This document shows positions 51,480 through 64,000 of a stretch of 64,000 nt of DNA, piece by piece. The DNA comes from Octopus vulgaris (lineage: Eukaryota). Where the stretch lies: contig OX597815.1 of NCBI GenBank assembly GCA_951406725.2, positions 97,836,001 to 97,900,000 of the forward strand. Reading direction: 5' to 3'. The position numbers and the translations under genes are program-made. The notes beneath the pieces were generated by a model that had not been told where the DNA came from, did not search any database, and saw nothing but the letters and a program-made list of their open reading frames with translations. Position 1 is the stretch's first letter. Every line of letters starts with the position of its first letter.

Positions 51480-51885
51480 TTTGTAATTGTAGATACCCGG
51501 ATAACTGTGACCTGGACAATTGATGTCTGGGGTAAAGGCCTAGTTTACAAAGCCAGCATCACAGACTTGAATTGAACATCAAAAGCTTGCATTAGAATGA
51601 GAGGAAACACCTCCAAAGAGCATTTGGATTCGTTTAGAGACAAAACCAAAAGACGCACAACATCGTTATCCAATATGGTATAGACACTTAAAGAGAGTAT
51701 TGTGAACAACAAAATATAAGTTACGGCATCATAGCAAAATCCAGCAAATATATGCGACGGGGTTGCAAATGAGACCTCTGTATCACGGAAAAATTAGATT
51801 TTATAACATCAACAAAGAGCATTTTAAATATTAGAGAGGAAACTTTCTTCCTTTGCATGGGCAAGAAACAATTCACACTTCGATA
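51480..51885 (+). mobile_element. PLE GIY-YIG C-terminal relic (Naiad-like cysteine pattern)
   Basis: CNCRYPDNCDLDN*CLG..LVYKASI...HLDSFRDK...TSLSNMV*TLK...IIAKSSKY....K*DLCITEK.....ILNIREE....C. Confidence 0.75.
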
Positions 51886-53769
51886 TTTCAAGCATGAGCA
51901 CCCATCCATACTGTTAAATCCCTCCAACCTGCGTAAGTTTTACGGCATCGATTATATGCACGTTTTGCCTTGTATATTAAATATATATACTACCATGAAT
52001 TATGCTGGATTCAAGAACTACACATATTTACATGCATAACACATATTCATGACATGACATTCGCAGCGAAAACTTCTCTAAATGAACTTATGAACTTACA
52101 AGTTTAAGAACCAAGTTTAGCATCAAAAATTTATGAAATCTCATCTATAGTTATATGCACACGTTGTATATATATATATATATATACCAATAATGATAAG
52201 TTTCGCACCATTAATAGTCTTCACATTTCTTCATCTTTCCAATCTAATTAAGGTCACAAACACTCATTCATAAATCAATTACTCTTTTTTTTATCTTTCT
52301 TGCATTCTGTTCACTCTAAATTTCCCACCATACTTTTCAGATTTTCTTCCATTTTATCAACTACCTAATATAACTTTTGAATTTTCCTTAAGGATGTTCA
52401 AAAATTCATCGCTTCTTGCCCGCATTTGTTTACTCTGTAGAATTAGTTAATAAAAACAGAGATGATCTTTTTTAACTTGTAGCTTTTCCTTTATTTGTTT
52501 CCGTCATTGGACAATGGCCGTGCTGGAGTAGCCCCTTGAAATTCAGTACTTATCTTTAAAGTCTGGTACTTCTTTTATCTTCTGACGAACCAAAAAGTTC
52601 TGCGGATTTTAACAAACCAACACCAGTTTTCAAGCAGTTGTGGGGACAATCACATGCATACATCGCTACATACATACATACATACATACATACATACATA
52701 CATACATACATACATGCATGCATGCATGCAGGCATACATGCATACATACATACATACATACATACATACATACATACATACATACATACACATATACATA
52801 CATACATACATGTATTTTTATGCATGAATGACATTGTTCAGTTTTATTTCGAGATTTCTTGCCAAGAGAGAAAGAGGCGGTTTCTAACCTAGATTCAAAG
52901 CTCTTTAACTGGAATTTCAACATCAACAACAAGGTGTATTTCAGTTTCTGTTTACTCTATCCACTCATGAGGCTATTGTAAGAAACAACCGATGTCTTGT
53001 GCAGTGGAATTGAACACAAGACCACTTGGTTGAAAAAGATGCGCCTTACCCACGTTTTGTACTTTTACCCTAAACCGATGCACCAGAATCCTGAATATTT
53101 TCCTTCGCATTTTCATTTTTGCGCCTTTATTCTCAACTGACTGCTCCTTGTAACTTTCATTTCCTATGCTCTAACGAACTTATTACCACTGTCGTCATTC
53201 GTAATCCGACCTTCTTCAAATGTTACAAAATCCTGTGTTGCGTCTTACTATGGAGCTTCATTTCTTCCTGGGTTATGCAGTCCAACAATTTAATTGTTCG
53301 TTGCACTTGCTTTGTCCAACAACCCGTTAGCAAGTAACTCCGAAGTGTAATTCTATATCTCTGAAGTCATTCGTTGTTCATTCACTTTATAGTATATCGT
53401 AGCCAACATAAACTTTGCAATTTGCTAAAAGTATGTCGTTCTGGATGTCGGTTAGGTGACCGCTATCGCATGAACCATAGTGGTCTCCATACTATTATCC
53501 AAGCTTTTCCCGCACCAATAGCAAACAATTCTTGTTCATATCTATGGCTGTTAAGTTATCTTAAATCGCAGTACGACCTGAAAGTACAGATGTTTTAATC
53601 TAATATTTACATGCTATTATGTATACCTTTATCAACTTCGAGTAACCGTTAAAAACGAATTCTTTCTCGTTCTCTCGAAATTTTTAAGTTCTTACGGTAA
53701 GCAATGTATATGTGTGTGTCTGTGTTTGAGTGTGTGTATGGATCTGTAAATCTATGTATTGTATTGGAT

Positions 53770-54170
53770 TGCCTGTGTGTTTAGGGAACTTACTCTGAAA
53801 TTATATGATTCCGGGTTCAGTCCTACTACGTGACACCCTCGAAAGTGTATTTCTACTATATCCCTGTGTCCACCAATGGTATGCTAGTGAATTTGGTGGA
53901 CAGAACTCTGTGGAAGCCCACGTTATGTGAATGAAAATATGTTTATATCTGTGTGTATGCATGTATATATATATATCTGTTTGTTTCTATGTATGTATTA
54001 TGTATGAGATTGTTAACATCATGTAACTTAGCGGTTCAGCAGAGAAATTGATAGAATCAGTGTTAATATTAGGGACAAATACTGGGGACGATTTACTCAT
54101 CTAAACATTTCAAAGCATAGTCCAACATGACCACATTCTAATGACTGAAACAAGTAAAAGATGAAAGATA
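53770..54170 (+). mobile_element. Old SINE family A copy
   Basis: CCGGGTTCAGTCC, internal microsatellite, GTAACTTAGCGGTTC, tail ATGACTGAAACAAGTAAAAG. Confidence 0.75.
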
Positions 54171-54830
54171 AATGATCAGATATTTAATTCATAAGTCACA
54201 AGTTATATTATGCTTACGATTTCCAAAAGGATGAAATAGTGCTCTACAGGATTACCCATGACGAGTATTAATAACAGCTTCTTACCAAATAAACAAAACC
54301 CATCAAATATGGGAATGCTATGCATATTTTTCCTTATAAATCGTTAATTCCAATTTCAAGCTTATACTCTCGCTTCATATTGCGACGAAATGGTAATCGT
54401 TTTTCATGTAGCTGTGACTACTAGGGATCTCGAGATTAATATAGAAGCTACTCTCGAATTAGAGTTGAATACTGTAAAATTAATTCATTGTAAGGCATTT
54501 GTGAACTTCATTAATTATAAATAATTGTACTACAAATGAAATTAGGAGGTTTTATTGAGTAAAGTCTTTTTCTCTATTATAGATGTACATAACACTCTCT
54601 AGGAGATAACGAAATGACTACATAAGTTAAATATTAGACGTTTACAGGTTCCACAATTTCAAATTTCATTTCGAATTTTACGAAGATACCTTTAAAATTC
54701 GAAAATATTTCGATAACGGAGTATCTCCAAAACTAGTTGGAGACTTCAAGGTATCCGTATGTTGGTTATACTTAAATCTAAACATATTCGATATTAATAA
54801 TAAATAAATCGTTCATGCATCTATCTATCA

Positions 54831-54950
<120 letters not shown>

Positions 54951-55256
54951 GTGTGTATACGGGCATTGGAACAACTTGCTTGAGCGTGCATGTGTGTCAA
55001 TACGTGTAATGTTTTTTTATATATTCAAGTGTTTATGCGCTTTTCGTAATACTGTCGGTTATAATATATAAATATTTCGTGTCAAAGTCACTTAGCTATT
55101 TGATAAAACATCAATCAGAAGAAATATGTTCTGCTATAACGGACTATAAAACGTTAACGCTAGTGGCCAGCATAGCTCCAGGGCAGTGATAGGAAGTATC
55201 AACAAAAATTATTCATTTGCACATACATACCAACACCGACACACACACAAACACAC

Positions 55257-55298
<42 letters not shown>

Positions 55299-55430
55299 AC
55301 ACACACACATATATCATAATAAATATCATTTTCATTATTATGTCACATATATACATGTAGAATATGTATGTTATACACATAGATATACATAGATGTATAA
55401 TATATTTCGATCTTTATGTAAGTTTGTATA

Positions 55431-55469
<39 letters not shown>

Positions 55470-55744
55470 GTGTATGTATGTATGTATGTATGTATGTATA
55501 TATCTATGTATATATGTACATATATATGTATGCATATATGTATATATGTATGTGACATTCAGTTTAATGAACGATAAAAAATACAGTCGAAACATATTTT
55601 TAGTATAATTTTTATTGTTCTCAGGTGGTACACATTCTATATTGCTGCTTGATCTTCATGTCACCTTATTCTTATATACATATATGTATATATGTATGTA
55701 TGTGTGTATGTATGTATGATGTATGTATTTATGCTTATAGGTAC

Positions 55745-55785
<41 letters not shown>

Positions 55786-55898
55786 CTGTGTGTATGTACG
55801 TATGTATATCAATCAAGTATCAGGTGTATATATAGATGTATACACACACACACGCACACACACACACATACACATAAATATATATACATATACTATTG

Positions 55899-56292
55899 AA
55901 TGTAAATAATAAAGAACGTTTTCACCAGATTGTCTGCCGACAATTTACCACTGTTCAATCAAAACAATATACATATACCATACACAGTTAAGCAGGTAAA
56001 GTCGAGCAGACGCCAAACTAAATCAATTCAGAAGCATATATAATCTAAATATCCAGTCTTTTGAAGTATTCATTGTAAGTTTTTACCATTTTTTTCTTTC
56101 TTTTACATAGTTGGTTATATAGCAATACACTTTCCTATTCATCTTTCAAAAAGCTGTAAAATTCTACCTTTCTCTTTTATCCAGTTTTTATTTACCTTTT
56201 CTTCCAACAATAGTCATTCAAGTTAGTCAGCATCCGTTATAGAGAATCCTATGATTTCCCAATTCAACTCTCATAATAAAATTGTTCTCTTG
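55899..56292 (+). repeat. Unclassified dispersed repeat, copy 2
   Basis: Colinear with 41300-41692. Confidence 0.8.
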
Positions 56293-58791
56293 TGCGCAAG
56301 AACAGATACGCGTGCACAAACGCACGCACACACAGACACACTGACACACACTCACTAAATCCAGATATACGTGTATATTTGCGTGTCGGTATGTGTTTTT
56401 GAACGTCTGTGTCAGTATACATTAAATGTATAAACGAAAGAACGAATATTTGATACGAAACTTAGATTAATATAAAACGGAATATAAGCTGAAAAACTGG
56501 GTTTGATGTTTCGGTTCATCAGGTAGTAGTGGATTAACGTGAGTGCATTATATATGTATGTGTGTGTGTCTATATGTACGTGTATGGGTATGTTTGTATG
56601 TATATATAGTTTCACATACATATATGTACATAACCTACCTCATACTAACAAGTATACACAGATGTATATGGGTGCGTGTGTGAGCGTGTATGCATATATG
56701 ATTTAGGCCTCGTTTGTAATAACATATTTGAAAATAAGTGTGAGTAGATTTGTTGTCAGGATTTGGCAGTACTTGTATTGATTTGTAGAAAAACCGAAAC
56801 GGTCGCGTCTGGAAAATCAGGCATCTGTAAGAGTAAAATTGAGAGGAAAAAAGGAAAACGAAAATGGAGAGAAGGTAGGGAAGCTTAAGGTATATGCTGA
56901 GGAATGAGGTCGGGAAAGAAGTTGCATAAAAATAAAGAATTTTGAAAGAACTGTACAGTTATGACCATTATTTGTCTATCGTTATGTCTTTGAACGCAAA
57001 GTTTTGGTCACGTTAGAGGAGTAAGAAACAGCAAAAGACTGTGAGTTATCATGGAGGTGGTATTGTCGTCGATGCTATTAATAACGATGATGATAATGAT
57101 TAATAGAATGAGAGAAGGAAGAAAGAAACAAACTAAAGGAGAGGTATACGGATTCCAACCAATTCTTTAAAGATTTCTTTTTGCTATAGTGGATGCGTGC
57201 CTTTATACACACTTGCAGTGTTGCTGTCACCACTATTATCATTGCGCTCAAGTTTATTTTTTTATGATATTTTAGCTGAAGATACCGCATTGATAAATGA
57301 TAAAATTCAAAATAAATACATATTTAATACAACAATGATTTCGGATTTGATTTGTGTGGTTATCATAATATTTTCGCTTTAAGAACTTAATTTACAGAAG
57401 ACACGTTCGTTGTTTTCCATTAAACACAAAGTATTTCAACTTCTATGAAATTAGTGAAAATGTATCATTATTCATTGTTCTGTTAAAGTCTTTGAAAAAC
57501 CTTGAAAAATTAGCTGACATTCGAATTAAGTAGTAAACAGCCAAATAGTATTATAATGCTACGCAAAACTATTCCTAGATTTTATTGTGAAGATTAATAA
57601 TTCATGTTTCCTATGGTGGTAGTGGTTGGGACAATTGTGTTAGTATGAGATAGATAACGGTGAAAATTTTACTTTTTTGTTTTAGACTAAAATTTATCTT
57701 TCTAAAAAATGTTGATGATTTTAATTCATGTGACAGCTACTTTAGTGCAATTAATTAATGTCTACCAGAGGACAAAAACCGAACCTCGATATTCTCTTAA
57801 TAAATTTCAACTTTCAAAAAGTGATTGTTTACACTCTGTAACAAATGCATTTTTCATATGGGGTTAGTGATGAAATTGGTGACGTATAATTTGTTCGTTT
57901 TCTTATAGTTACTTTTACATTTGGTTGAATTATGATGTTGGTATGTTGGAGGCAGCGTTTGGCGTAGGTAATCAAGGCAGTGGTAAAAAAGATGACATCA
58001 TTCTGTGTTTCATGTTTGTACTTATTTTACATTTCATTTTAGTGACTTTCTTAATGAGCTGAAATGCTTCATTTTTCTCGTGAAATATACTTTAGTTCGA
58101 CTGGTATATGTGATTCACAGATGAGGGTAAAATGGGTAGCAGTAGTGAGGCAAGTTAAAGAAATAAAAGCGGATAGTCTGTGTAGTATTTTGTTTTAAAA
58201 TGACTCATATGCCAGCGTGTATTGAAGAGATTGAAAGAAAATGAGGAAATGAGGATGAAAAAAGAAAAAGAAGGCTATAAATTATCGGAAATAATATTAA
58301 ATATATTTAAAGAGCAAATTGTTCAATTTAACTACTAATTATTTAGAAATATTTTAAAAATGAAATTTTAGAATATTTGCATATTACAGTTATTATACGA
58401 GTAATGGAACAGACGATGCAACTCTATTATAATTTTTAACATAAATATATATATATAATTTAGTAATGATGAAGTCATATGTTAGCAAATATGAATGGGC
58501 TGTCTAGAAAATGTAATTAGTTCAAAGTATTTAGTGAGTATATTTTTAAGTTAAAGATTGCGCATTTATCACAGACTAATCTTCTGTCCCCCCCCCCCAA
58601 AAAAAAAATAGACATTATTTTCTTAATATTTGCATGCACGAAAATGACACATTTTACATCAAACTTTATGCTTGTATATTTAAGAAACACACATAAGTGG
58701 TTTCTGCACAATGGTTGAATACATGACGAAACGCATAAACTTACTTTAAAGACATTTTATATTCAATTATTAGTTTACATATTTACATAAA

Positions 58792-58856
<65 letters not shown>

Positions 58857-60607
58857 GCATATATCTACATACACACACACACACAATATTTAGTGCCTGG
58901 TATACACTCCTTCCAGTATTAAAACGTATGTATACGAGTGGACTACATCAAATTCGACTGAAAATAGTTGCATTGCGAAAACTTTTCAAGGAATTGATTG
59001 CCCCATCCTCTCATGCATGCACTCGTGCATGTGTGCATGCGTGCGTGCATATGTGAGCGCGCACCCGCATCATTCATGCATATTTACATTATATGTATAA
59101 ATGTCGATGTACCCACTTAAGTACAAAGACACATAAATATATATTTTATATAAATATATGGTCTGATGTTTACATATAAGCAAGCATGACTTCATCTTTT
59201 GAAAGATCATGCTTTGCGAGTTAAGTGTTTCTTGGTTTGGGTCTATCACGTTTTACATAAGACAAGTATCTTCTAAAATATCCTGGGGTAGAACTTAGCA
59301 TCAATTCTATTTATAGCAGTAAAACATAACTTGTAGGGTAACGAAACGCTACTTCCACACCCACTTGCAAAACAACCGTATCGTTTATATTTTAATAGAA
59401 ATAACATATAAACGAACTAATGAGTATTGAAATACAAATACGATAAAACATTATGGAAACAAGATATTCTCTAAAAATAATAATGGGTATACAGTGAATA
59501 ATCGTTGAAAGTTAATATAGATAGAGACACTAAGTTTTGGGATGTTGAGATTGTGGTAAAGCCTGAATTTAGTAATAAATCTACTGAAATTCACATTCTA
59601 GACGGCTATTAAGTTGGTAAACATTCACGAATTCAAACCGTGCAAGGATAATATATGGAGTCATCCTCAAATGGTTTTGTGTAAAAGAGATTTAGCTACT
59701 GTAGGCTATTTACTAAATAAATCAGTAGATGGTGTAAAGGCTTGATTTATTTTAAGAGAGCTGAAAAGCAAAGAGAAAATGAGACTTGAGATAAGCAAAT
59801 GCATTGGACAGCATGGCATAGTTGTTTTTACTAACTTCCAATTTATTTATCTAGTCTGTCCGGAACATGTTTGCGCCTTGCACTAATTATCCTCAAATAT
59901 TCTTTATCAGTTGCGTGTTCTATGTTTACTAAGTGTCTTTTGACAAACTTCAAGTTGGATGTGAAAAGGCCTGTGCTCTTCTTCATCTACTCGTATTCAA
60001 AAAGTTGTTTTTGCATAACGTTGACTGAGTTGCTAAGAATACTACAACGTGGATGTTTTCAAACGATATCTTTCTTACAATTTCGTTTGTGATATGATTG
60101 CAGTATGAAAATGTCAGAACTTTCCTTAAGCATTTATCTTGAGGAAAATCGTACTATGTTTACCCTTTTGTCATTTGATCTAAATCTACTAGCATTATAT
60201 GTATAATAATCTTTGTGTTGTATCATTAGTTTGTAAAGATATCGAAATAGCATCTAAAATTTGGAATACATAACTTAATTTTGATCTCTACGTTTCGACT
60301 GAGCTTTGAAATGAACATTAACAGACAAAATAGGTGAAAAAATTTACCCGTATTTTATCCTACCAGTCAAGTTTTGTAGTTCATTTAATAATAAATAATC
60401 AATTTGCTAATTGCTTGACTAATTATGAAAATGATTACTAATAAACTAAAGTATAAAAATAAAGATACATGCGTGTGTTCTGATTGGCAGAATACCTCAT
60501 GATACAAAAAAGGTTTCAACAATGATTTCACATGAAAACCATCTCCAAATAAAGACAAAAGTCACACACACGCACACACACACGCAGGTGCACACACACA
60601 CACGCAG

Positions 60608-60698
<91 letters not shown>

Positions 60699-60874
60699 TA
60701 TACATATATATATACATACACAGACATATATATATGTATGTGCGCGTCTAGGGGTGTGTTTGCATGTGAATGTATATTTACATTTGTTCTGAGTGTCTAT
60801 CTGTGTTGGTGCATTTTCCAAATGCGTGCACCTATTTCTACACACGAACCTATACTAAATTAATTTCTTCAATG

Positions 60875-60913
<39 letters not shown>

Positions 60914-61387
60914 GAAAAATACATGGCAATAAATTGATAAATCGATTTGCAATTTTTAATTTAAGTCCTAAAAATAAGATTATATTTTCAGATAATAAAG
61001 TCTAAAATATCATTCAGCTGTAAGTACCTTTGAGAATTAGAAATAAATTTGGTAAAGTTTACATAATTCTAACGAAATTCAATAAACAAGTCATTTTTAC
61101 AAATATACCACTCCTCTTTATATTCCTCCTCCTCCTCCTCCTATCACTCCACTTTAGTCTGTTATCATACTTTGAAGCATTTTCTCTTAAATTTATTTCT
61201 CAACTTCTATAATATATTCTTCTGAAACGAACCCAATGCGACTTGTTTTGCCGTGTAAACGATATTGATTGTATATCGATTACAGCATGTAGCTGTTGTT
61301 GTTGAAGCGTGTTGGGGAAGACGCTGGTGACGGTGATTCTTATGGCGATGATTTAGTATTGGCATGCGTGTTATTCATACATGTATG

Positions 61388-61485
61388 TACATTTTACATT
61401 TGCATATGTATGTGCGTATGTCGTGTATATGAGCGTGAGTATACATGTGTGTGTGTGTGCGTGTGTGTATATGCATACATTCATA

Positions 61486-61537
<52 letters not shown>

Positions 61538-61702
61538 TATATATAATGTAAATGCATATACACATATTAATACATTCATATGTACATACAGAGTGGAAAC
61601 ATACACATATGTATTACATTTAACATTTGCATATGTATGTGCGTATGTCGTGTATATGAGCATGAGCATACATGTGTGTGTGCGTGTGTGTATGTGCATA
61701 CA

Positions 61703-61756
<54 letters not shown>

Positions 61757-61780
61757 ATGTAAATGCTTATACACATATGT
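61388..61780 (+). repeat. Local tandem duplication, period about 227 bp
   Basis: ACATTTGCATATGTATGTGCGTATGTCGTGTATATGAGC...CATACATTCATATA...TAATGTAAATGC occurs twice. Confidence 0.9.
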
Positions 61781-62387
61781 ACATACACTGTGAAAACGTG
61801 CGTGTATGTTACCTTTTTCCTTCATGGTATTTTTTTTTCATGCCGGCCACCTGCCTGGTTGCAGGGATGTAAATAATAGTAGAGCAAAACAAAAAACGAA
61901 TATCGGAGGTTGGAGCCAAAGAGGAAAAAAATTAACATCAAATATAAAAATTACAGGAAAATCTTAGCGTAGGAATTTTATTTTTCTTCATAAAACATTC
62001 AACTCTTTAATCTCACGAAATGTTTTTTTTACGAGTATTTTAATCGTGGAAGGAACGGCGCCTATATTTCATCATGAAGACTACCACTTTGTTTCCATGG
62101 ACTAAGAATGGTTAGTACATTGCAGTACATGGTATTGTACATTAATAGCTTGCTTTCCATCCGCGCAGTCCTTCGTTCGATTTCCAGCACTGCAACTTGG
62201 AGAAACGTTTCCTAGTATTTGCAGCCTCGTTTGACCTTGTGAATAGACTATGATAGATGTCCATGAGTGTGTATCAGTGTGTATGTGTGTGCACACGCAT
62301 GCCTGCGTGTTCTTGCATGTTTATATATAGGTATACAAATGCTTATATGCATGTATATATATATATAAATATCTATCTATCTATCTA

Positions 62388-62419
<32 letters not shown>

Positions 62420-62428
62420 AATGCTTAT

Positions 62429-62475
<47 letters not shown>

Positions 62476-63179
62476 ATATATATTAATACATACATATAAA
62501 TAAATGTATTTGTATATATGTTTCTTATGTTCACTTGTGTGTGAAATTATTACGTAACATAGCAATTCGATAAAATTGTGATTGATAGTATAAATAGAAG
62601 ACTGAAATAAGTTGTAATATCGATAATATTTATCGACTAAATCCCTTGATACTTTTCTCCAATATGGCCGTAATCCAACGACCGAAACCTCTAAAAGGAG
62701 ATCTGAAATAAAACATAGAAATGTAAAACCGAAGCATATATATATATATATTCTCTGTTATTGTTCCCAATATTACTCCTGTAAAGTTGCATATATTTTA
62801 TTCACTTCTAACATTATCACTCCGCACCTTTTCCCATCTGACACGTCCAATTATCAAACAAATTAGATGCCACCTGTTTTGTTACCTTTGCTGATAATTT
62901 TATTGATTGACGGTTTTATTGATTTATTGATTACCTCAGTGTTTCCCTAAAAGTTCTACAGTGAGTTGTGTTATAATGTTACATTTGGCATGGACTGATG
63001 GTGTACAATTTGTGTTGTGTAAGTTGTGTTGTAGCATTAGCCAGTTATTGTACAAAGCTTTTGAAGGGAGTTCTGCAAGTATGGGTGGGTATATGCGTGT
63101 ATGTGATTCCGTAAAACATGCGTTGTAGGCACTGAGACCAGAGATGGTAGAATATGTGCTTGTAAGTGAAGACATGCTT

Positions 63180-63510
63180 TACTTTTATCTCTTACTTGTT
63201 TCAGTCATTGAACTACGGTCATGCTGGAGCACCACCTCAGCACTTTAGTCATATAAGTCGACACCGGTTGTCAAGCGATCGTGAGGGACAAACAACCACA
63301 CACACACATAAAGACGTGTGAGTAAGCGTGTGTGTATATATATATAAACGACGAGCTTCTTTCAGTTTCCGTCTACCAAATCCACTCACAAGGCTTTGGT
63401 CGGGCCAGGGCTATAGAAGTCACTTGCGCAAAATGCCACACAGTTGGATTGAAATCAAGATCACGTGCTTGGGAAGCGAGCTTCTTAACCATACAGCCAC
63501 GTCTGTGCCT
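63180..63510 (-). mobile_element. SINE family A copy
   Basis: Plus strand shows TTGTTTCAGTCATT..CATGCTGGAGCACCACC and CTTTCAGTTTCCGTCTACCAAATCCACTCACAAGGCTTTGGTC. Confidence 0.85.
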
Positions 63511-63799
63511 TGGAAATTGCATTATAGTGTTTTGTAATGTGAGAGTTGTGTTATAATATTGAGAGGTGATCGTGCACACATTGTGGTCAGTAAGATGCGT
63601 TATAGTATATTAGGAATTGATTGAGTAGGATATACGTTATGTAAGCTCTTTCATAGCGTTGGGAGATGATTGCATACAGTGTGTGATCATGTCGAGAGGT
63701 GATTGTGTAGACTATGCTGTGTCAGTGTTGGTAGTGAGAGGTAAAATATATATGAAGAAAGGCTTAAATACTATTGTGTAGAATATTGGTTTCGAATTT

Positions 63800-64000
63800 T
63801 AGCCCAAGGCCAGCAGCTTCAAGCAAATAGTTAAGTTGATTAACATCGGCGCCATTACTTAGCTGGTACTTATTTTATCGACCTCGGAAGAATGAAAGGC
63901 AAAATCGACCTCGATGAAATTTGAACCCAGAACATAAAGACGGACGTAATGACGCTAAGGATTCTGCCCGGCGTGCTTTTCTATTCCGCCAGCTTGCCGC
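63800..64000 (-). mobile_element. SINE family B-related copy reaching the window edge
   Basis: CTGGTACTTATTTTATCGACC..GAATGAAAGGCAAA..GAAATTTGAAC..GCCAGCTTGCCGC. Confidence 0.8.

Noticed and set aside
53120-53580. Possible LTR-retrotransposon RNase H relic (EQELFAI..)
   Set aside because: Single weak motif, no LTRs seen.

Overview
This is AT-rich eukaryotic DNA dense in microsatellites and transposons. It is most likely cephalopod (Octopus-like), inferred from the SINE families and repeat landscape, and looks like intergenic or large-intron sequence. No host multi-exon gene, rRNA, tRNA gene or CRISPR array is supported, and most listed ORFs are translations of (TA)n, (CA)n, (TACA)n or (TAA)n. 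The real coding content is transposon-derived. (1) A DD34D mariner (7894-8990) is fused tail-to-tail to a degenerate RTE LINE whose RT carries a PHD finger (8991-11385). (2) A young 5'-truncated Neptune-type Penelope-like element (PLE) has an uninterrupted RT plus GIY-YIG frame and a minimal hammerhead ribozyme motif in its 3' region (16062-18490). (3) A near-intact CR1/L2-group LINE (45876-49511) has a CCCH zinc finger in ORF1 and a 3' stem-loop shared with the commonest SINE; it is nested inside a non-autonomous Helitron (44607-49927). (4) There is a second small Helitron (40586-40979), three tRNA-derived SINE families, and older L1/Tx1, R4/Dong-like, RTE, CR1 and PLE relics. One splice-signal-flanked 25/30-nt microexon candidate (30892-30921, minus) may be the only host-gene signal. 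All calls come from manual reading, so boundaries of degenerate elements are approximate.
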